64,000 bases of DNA, from assembly GCA_965203445.1 (NCBI GenBank), contig OZ241883.1:1728001-1792000 (forward strand), given 5' to 3'. A model generated the notes under the pieces. The model saw only the letters and a list, made by a program, of their open reading frames with translations. It did no database searches and was not told the origin of the DNA. Numbering within the stretch: position 1 is the first letter of the stretch; every line of letters begins with the position of its first letter. The translations under genes were made by a program, and so were the position numbers. This DNA is from Candidatus Oxydemutator sp. (GTDB lineage Bacteria; Pseudomonadota; Gammaproteobacteria; Poriferisulfidales; Oxydemutatoraceae). Shown here one piece after another: positions 59,699 through 64,000 of this stretch.

Positions 59699-59708
59699 GC
59701 ATGGGCGC

Positions 59709-59901
59709 TGGCAATACGCGGTGGTATCCGAGGCCTCGGAAATCAACGGCCTGCTGGAACGGCTGTAGTTGTTCCGCGGCGCGCCCGCAGGCCCGCCCGC
59801 AGCTGCGATCCGGCACAACTTTCCCGCGTCTCCGCCGCTTGAAAACTTCTTTGGCATCCGCATATTCATAAGGATAGCCGGAGATTTCCATGCGTGGTGA
59901 C
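59709..59901 (+). repeat. Direct repeat, right copy: orphan res 3' end + clpB promoter/start
   Basis: Encodes 'WQYAVVSEASEINGLLERL*', matching the Res C-terminus 'WQYAMVSEASEINGLLERL*'. Confidence 0.93.
59838..59865 (+). promoter_or_regulatory. Sigma32 (RpoH) heat-shock promoter of clpB
   Basis: CTTGAAA-N13-CCGCATAT (consensus CTTGAAA...CCCCATnT), 24 nt before the clpB ATG. Confidence 0.8.
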
Positions 59902-62466
59902 AAACTGACCAATCGTTTTCAGGCGGCGCTTCAGGAAGCGCAGTCGGACGCGCTTGCGCGCGATCACCAGTTCATCGAACCGCTGCATCTGCTGAAGGCG
60001 ATGACGGATGAGCGCGACGGCACCGTGTTGCGGCTGTTGCAACTGTGCGGCGCGGATACCGCGGCCCTGGCGCAGCGCCTGGAACGCGAGATCGCGCGCC
60101 TGGCGCGGGTCGAGGGCGCACCCGGCGAGGTGCATTTGTCGAAGGAACTGGCGCGCCTGCTGAACGTTTGCGAGAAGCTTGCCGGCGAGCGCGGCGACGC
60201 CTACGTCGCGTCCGAACTGTTCCCGTTGGCGCTGGTCAAGAGCGACGACCGTGCCGGCGTGATTCTGCGCGAGGCCGGCGTCGCCGAGGCCGCGCTTGCG
60301 GCCGCGCTCGACAATCTGCGCGGCGGCGATGCGGTGACCGACGCCGGCGCCGAGGAGCAGCGCCAGGCGCTCGAGCGCTACACCGTGGACATGACCGCGC
60401 TGGCGGCGCGGGGCAAGCTCGATCCGGTCATCGGGCGCGACGACGAGATCCGGCGCGTGGTGCAGGTGCTGCAACGCCGGACCAAGAACAACCCGGTGTT
60501 GATCGGCGAGCCGGGCGTCGGCAAGACCGCGATTGCCGAGGGGCTTGCGCAGCGCATCGTCAACCGCGAGGTGCCGGAGGGACTGGCGCACAAACGCCTG
60601 TTGAATCTCGATATGGGGCTGCTGATCGCCGGCGCCAAGTACCGCGGCGAGTTCGAGGAGCGCCTGAAGGCGGTGCTGCACGAACTGAAGAAAGAAGCCG
60701 GGCGGGTCATCCTGTTCATAGACGAGATCCATACGATGGTCGGCGCCGGCAAGAGCGAGGGTTCGATGGACGCCGGCAACATGTTGAAGCCGGCGCTTGC
60801 GCGCGGCGAACTGCACTGCCTCGGCGCGACGACGCTGAACGAATATCGTCTCTACGTCGAGAAGGACGCGGCGCTCGAACGCCGCTTCCAGAAGGTGCTG
60901 ATCGAGCAGCCGGGCCTGGAGGACACCGTGGCCATCCTGCGCGGCCTGAAGGAACGCTACGAGGTCCACCACGGCGTCGAGATCACCGACCCGGCGATCA
61001 TCGCCGCGACCCGCTTGTCGCATCGCTACATCAGCGACCGCCAGCTGCCGGACAAGGCGATAGATCTGATTGACGAGGCGGCTTCGCGCATTCGCATGGA
61101 GATAGACTCGAAGCCGGAGAAGATGGATCGTCTCGAGCGCCGCCTGATCCAGCTGAAGATCGAGCGCGAGGCCTTGAAGAAGGAAAGCGACGAGGCGTCG
61201 CGCAAGCGTCTCGACGATCTCGACGCCGAGATCACAACGCTCGAGCGTGAATACGCCGACCTCGAGGAAATCTGGAAGGGCGAGAAGGCGGCGATGCAGT
61301 CGGCGACGCACACCAAGGAAGAACTCGAAAAGGCGCGCATCGAGTTCGAGGCGGCGCGCCGCGACGGCGACCTCGGGCGCATGTCCGAGTTGCAGTACGG
61401 GCGCATTCCCGAGCTCGAGAAACGCCTGGCCGAGGCGCCGTCCGCCGCCGACGAGGGCAACGCCAACGCCGGCCTGTTGCGCAGTCGCGTGACCGACAAT
61501 GAAGTCGCCGAGGTCGTATCGCGCTGGACCGGAATTCCGGTCAGCCGCATGTTGCAGGGCGAGAGGGAAAAACTGCTGGTCATGGAGCGCGAGATCGGGC
61601 GCCGCGTGATCTCGCAGCGCGAGGCGATACGCGCCGTGTCCGAGGCGATACGCCGCGCGCGCGCGGGCCTGGCCGACCCCGACCGCCCGAACGGATCCTT
61701 CCTGTTCCTGGGCCCTACCGGCGTCGGCAAGACCGAACTGTGCAAGGCGCTGGCGGCCTTTTTGTTCGACGGCGAGCAGGCCGTCGTGCGCGTCGACATG
61801 TCGGAGTTCATGGAGAAGCATTCGGTCGCGCGCCTGATCGGGGCGCCGCCGGGCTACGTCGGTTACGAGCAGGGCGGTTACCTGACCGAGGCCGTGCGGC
61901 GCAAGCCGTATTGCGTGATCCTGCTGGACGAGATCGAGAAGGCCCACCCGGAAGTGTTCAACGTGCTGTTGCAGGTGCTGGACGACGGGCGCCTGACCGA
62001 CGGCCACGGGCGCACCGTGGATTTCAGAAACACCGTCGTCGTGATGACCTCGAACCTGGGCAGCGACCTGATCCAGCGGATGGCCGGCGCCGGCTACGAC
62101 GAGATCAGGGCCGCGGTCATGGAGATCGTGCGCGGCCATTTTCGCCCCGAGTTCTTAAACCGCGTGGACGAGACGCTGGTGTTCCACGCGCTTACCGAGG
62201 AAGACATCGGGCGCATCTGTTCGATACAGATCGCGCGCCTCGCGCGGCGCGTCGAGGAGCACGGATTTGCGCTGCAAGTCGGCGACGAGGCCGCCGCGTG
62301 GCTCGCGCGCCTCGGCTACGATCCGGTGTACGGTGCAAGGCCGCTGAAGCGCGTGATACGCAACGAACTCGAGAACCCGCTGTCGGAGGGCATGTTGCGC
62401 GGTGATTTCGATCCGGGCCGGACGATCACGGCGCGCCTGCAAGGGGAGCGGCTGGCGTTGGCGTAG
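59890..62466 (+). CDS. clpB: ATP-dependent chaperone ClpB
   Basis: 'LDPVIGRD', 'GEPGVGKT', coiled-coil middle domain, 'GPTGVGKT', 'GAPPGYVGY', 'YGARPLKR'. Confidence 0.98.
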   Translation: MRGDKLTNRFQAALQEAQSDALARDHQFIEPLHLLKAMTDERDGTVLRLLQLCGADTAALAQRLEREIARLARVEGAPGEVHLSKELARLLNVCEKLAGERGDAYVASELFPLALVKSDDRAGVILREAGVAEAALAAALDNLRGGDAVTDAGAEEQRQALERYTVDMTALAARGKLDPVIGRDDEIRRVVQVLQRRTKNNPVLIGEPGVGKTAIAEGLAQRIVNREVPEGLAHKRLLNLDMGLLIAGAKYRGEFEERLKAVLHELKKEAGRVILFIDEIHTMVGAGKSEGSMDAGNMLKPALARGELHCLGATTLNEYRLYVEKDAALERRFQKVLIEQPGLEDTVAILRGLKERYEVHHGVEITDPAIIAATRLSHRYISDRQLPDKAIDLIDEAASRIRMEIDSKPEKMDRLERRLIQLKIEREALKKESDEASRKRLDDLDAEITTLEREYADLEEIWKGEKAAMQSATHTKEELEKARIEFEAARRDGDLGRMSELQYGRIPELEKRLAEAPSAADEGNANAGLLRSRVTDNEVAEVVSRWTGIPVSRMLQGEREKLLVMEREIGRRVISQREAIRAVSEAIRRARAGLADPDRPNGSFLFLGPTGVGKTELCKALAAFLFDGEQAVVRVDMSEFMEKHSVARLIGAPPGYVGYEQGGYLTEAVRRKPYCVILLDEIEKAHPEVFNVLLQVLDDGRLTDGHGRTVDFRNTVVVMTSNLGSDLIQRMAGAGYDEIRAAVMEIVRGHFRPEFLNRVDETLVFHALTEEDIGRICSIQIARLARRVEEHGFALQVGDEAAAWLARLGYDPVYGARPLKRVIRNELENPLSEGMLRGDFDPGRTITARLQGERLALA

Positions 62467-62509
62467 GCGCGTTGCCTCGGGCTGGCGCCGCCGCTTGATT
62501 TTTTACCGG

Positions 62510-62529
62510 GTCCCCGCGGTCGCGGGGAC
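62510..62529. terminator. GC-rich palindrome between convergent genes (terminator or REP-like)
   Basis: GTCCCCGCG-GT-CGCGGGGAC, 43 nt after the clpB stop; no clear U-tract. Confidence 0.4.
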
Positions 62530-62610
62530 GACCGGCCGCAGGGGCGGGCCGCGTCCCGCTGCCGCCCGCCAGACGAGTGCGCTTTCGCTCACGGCCCGCT
62601 CACGGCCCGC

Positions 62611-63144
62611 TTACGGCGTCGGTTGCAGGATGTTGTGGTAGGACATGAATACGACCTGCTCCGGCAACTGCGACAGGTTGCGCCACAACTTCGGCTGCGC
62701 GCGACGGCCCGCCGGCGTCGGCATATCGGCGATCATGCGTCCGACGGTGCTTTCGCTTGGACAGGGCAGGTAGTAGCGCTCGCAGAAATCGGCCAGCAGC
62801 GAGTGGATTCTGCTCCTGCCTAGATAGGGGTGGGTCGTTTTCAGGTGGTGGATATGGGCGACAACTTCCCGCGGCCACGGAAACTCCCGCCGCTTGCTCT
62901 TTGGCGTGGTTTTTTTCGGTGTCAATTCCTGGATGCGTCTGCCGGGCGGCTGCCGCAGTTTCGCCTTCCAGCGGTAGAGCGTGCGCTGGCTGACGTTGAA
63001 TTGCTCCTGGGTCGCGCGCAGTCCGTATTGCTGCCAGAAGTGCAGGATGTAGATGCGTCGCTGGGCGATCTCATCGCTATCCGGCCACTGGTAGGCGTAG
63101 ATAGTGGCCAAGTCGGGTATCAGGGATGCACTCGATTGTCTCAT
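62611..63144 (-). pseudogene. HTH-containing N-terminal part of an IS481-like transposase, no DDE core
   Basis: 'FNVSQRTLYRWK', 'HPYLGRSRI', 'PSESTVGRMI'; ORF ends before any integrase-core motif. Confidence 0.55.
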
Positions 63145-64000
63145 GGCGATACGGATTCCAACTGACCTTCCCCCTGAATTAGGGCCACAGCTGCCGACTT
63201 ATCCACGTGTTGAGGGAGGATTTGCCAAGAAACTCCGTATTGATCTTTCACCCAGCCACATTGCTCTGCTTCCGGCACCGCCGAAAGTTTATCCCGGTAA
63301 TAGTCTATTTCTTTTTGGTCTTTACAGTTAATCATCAATGAAATCGCTTCATTGAAAGTGAAGTCATGCATGCGCGTGCTTCCGTCCATCGCTGCAAACC
63401 ACTGATCTTCCAGCTTACAGTCGGTGAACATAATAGAGCCTTCTTTATTCGGTTCCGAGTCAGCAGGATAACGACTGATAGCACCGCGCCTGGTGTTCTT
63501 GAAAACAGAGAGATAAAACCCCGTTGCCTCCTCGGCTTTGTCGCACGTGTCCGTTACAAAAAGGAAGGAAGGAATGATACGCGGACGATCTTCTCCTTCT
63601 GGATCAGTATAAATGAACTGCCACGAAAATCCGTATTTGTCTTGAATCCAGCCATAGCGTTCACTAAATGGGTATGTATCCAGGGACATGAGTATTTTGC
63701 CACCTTCAGATAACTTATCCCAAATCTCATCAATCCGCTTCCGAGCATCCTTGTCATATTTTGGATCAAAATTAACCATGAATGAGATGGATGGATTTGG
63801 CTTAGAGTGTGGCCCCGCACTAATTGCCCGAAACTCATAGCCCATAAGTTCAAAGCTGACAATATCGCAATCGCCTGATGGCGTGTCTTTGATTTGGGAG
63901 GTGAAAGTTCTCTTGGAATCCGGAAATAGAGAAGTGTAAAATTCGGCAGCTTCAACCGCTTCTTTGTCGAACCATAAGTTTGGGGTGATTTTTTGAGTCA
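63141..64000 (-). CDS. VOC/PhnB-like two-domain protein; start at the window edge, C-terminus apparently truncated
   Basis: 'TQKITPNLWFDKEAVEAAEFY', 'YGWIQDKYGFSWQ', 'FNEAISL', 'EQCGWVKDQYGVSWQILP'; frame implies an ATG beginning at 64001; AT-rich. Confidence 0.85.
   Translation of the reverse strand, partial: TQKITPNLWFDKEAVEAAEFYTSLFPDSKRTFTSQIKDTPSGDCDIVSFELMGYEFRAISAGPHSKPNPSISFMVNFDPKYDKDARKRIDEIWDKLSEGGKILMSLDTYPFSERYGWIQDKYGFSWQFIYTDPEGEDRPRIIPSFLFVTDTCDKAEEATGFYLSVFKNTRRGAISRYPADSEPNKEGSIMFTDCKLEDQWFAAMDGSTRMHDFTFNEAISLMINCKDQKEIDYYRDKLSAVPEAEQCGWVKDQYGVSWQILPQHVDKSAAVALIQGEGQLESVSP
63163..63188. mobile_element. Isolated IS3/IS407-like terminal inverted repeat
   Basis: TGACCTTCCCCCTGAATTAGGGCCAC aligns with 58853-58879 (1 gap, 3 mismatches). 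Confidence 0.65.

Overview
High-GC gammaproteobacterial chromosome segment; nearly all real genes are on the + strand. 1-16.6 kb is housekeeping: 3' end of tRNA-His, mlaC-like, murA, hisG, a DAHP synthase inside the his cluster, hisD, hisC, Nif3-like, uvrB, tRNA-Val, thrS-infC-rpmI-rplT-pheS-pheT-ihfA-merR, tRNA-Pro. An accessory region follows. (i) ogt and a type III-like restriction-modification pair (mod 17.2-19.9 kb, res 25.4-28.5 kb) with five tightly coupled genes nested between them, forming three different ABC-ATPase/nuclease-like modules. (ii) A ~31 kb block carrying one 9,824-aa repetitive surface-type protein (14 Cys-capped LRR blocks, Ig-like domains, six GLUG-type beta-helix units with variable loops, dockerin-like C-terminus). 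It is bracketed by IS5 and IS3 remnants and by a diverged ~200 bp direct repeat of res 3' end + sigma32 promoter + clpB start. (iii) clpB, a truncated transposase-like gene and an IS-truncated VOC gene. All calls come from motifs read by eye; no database searches were run.
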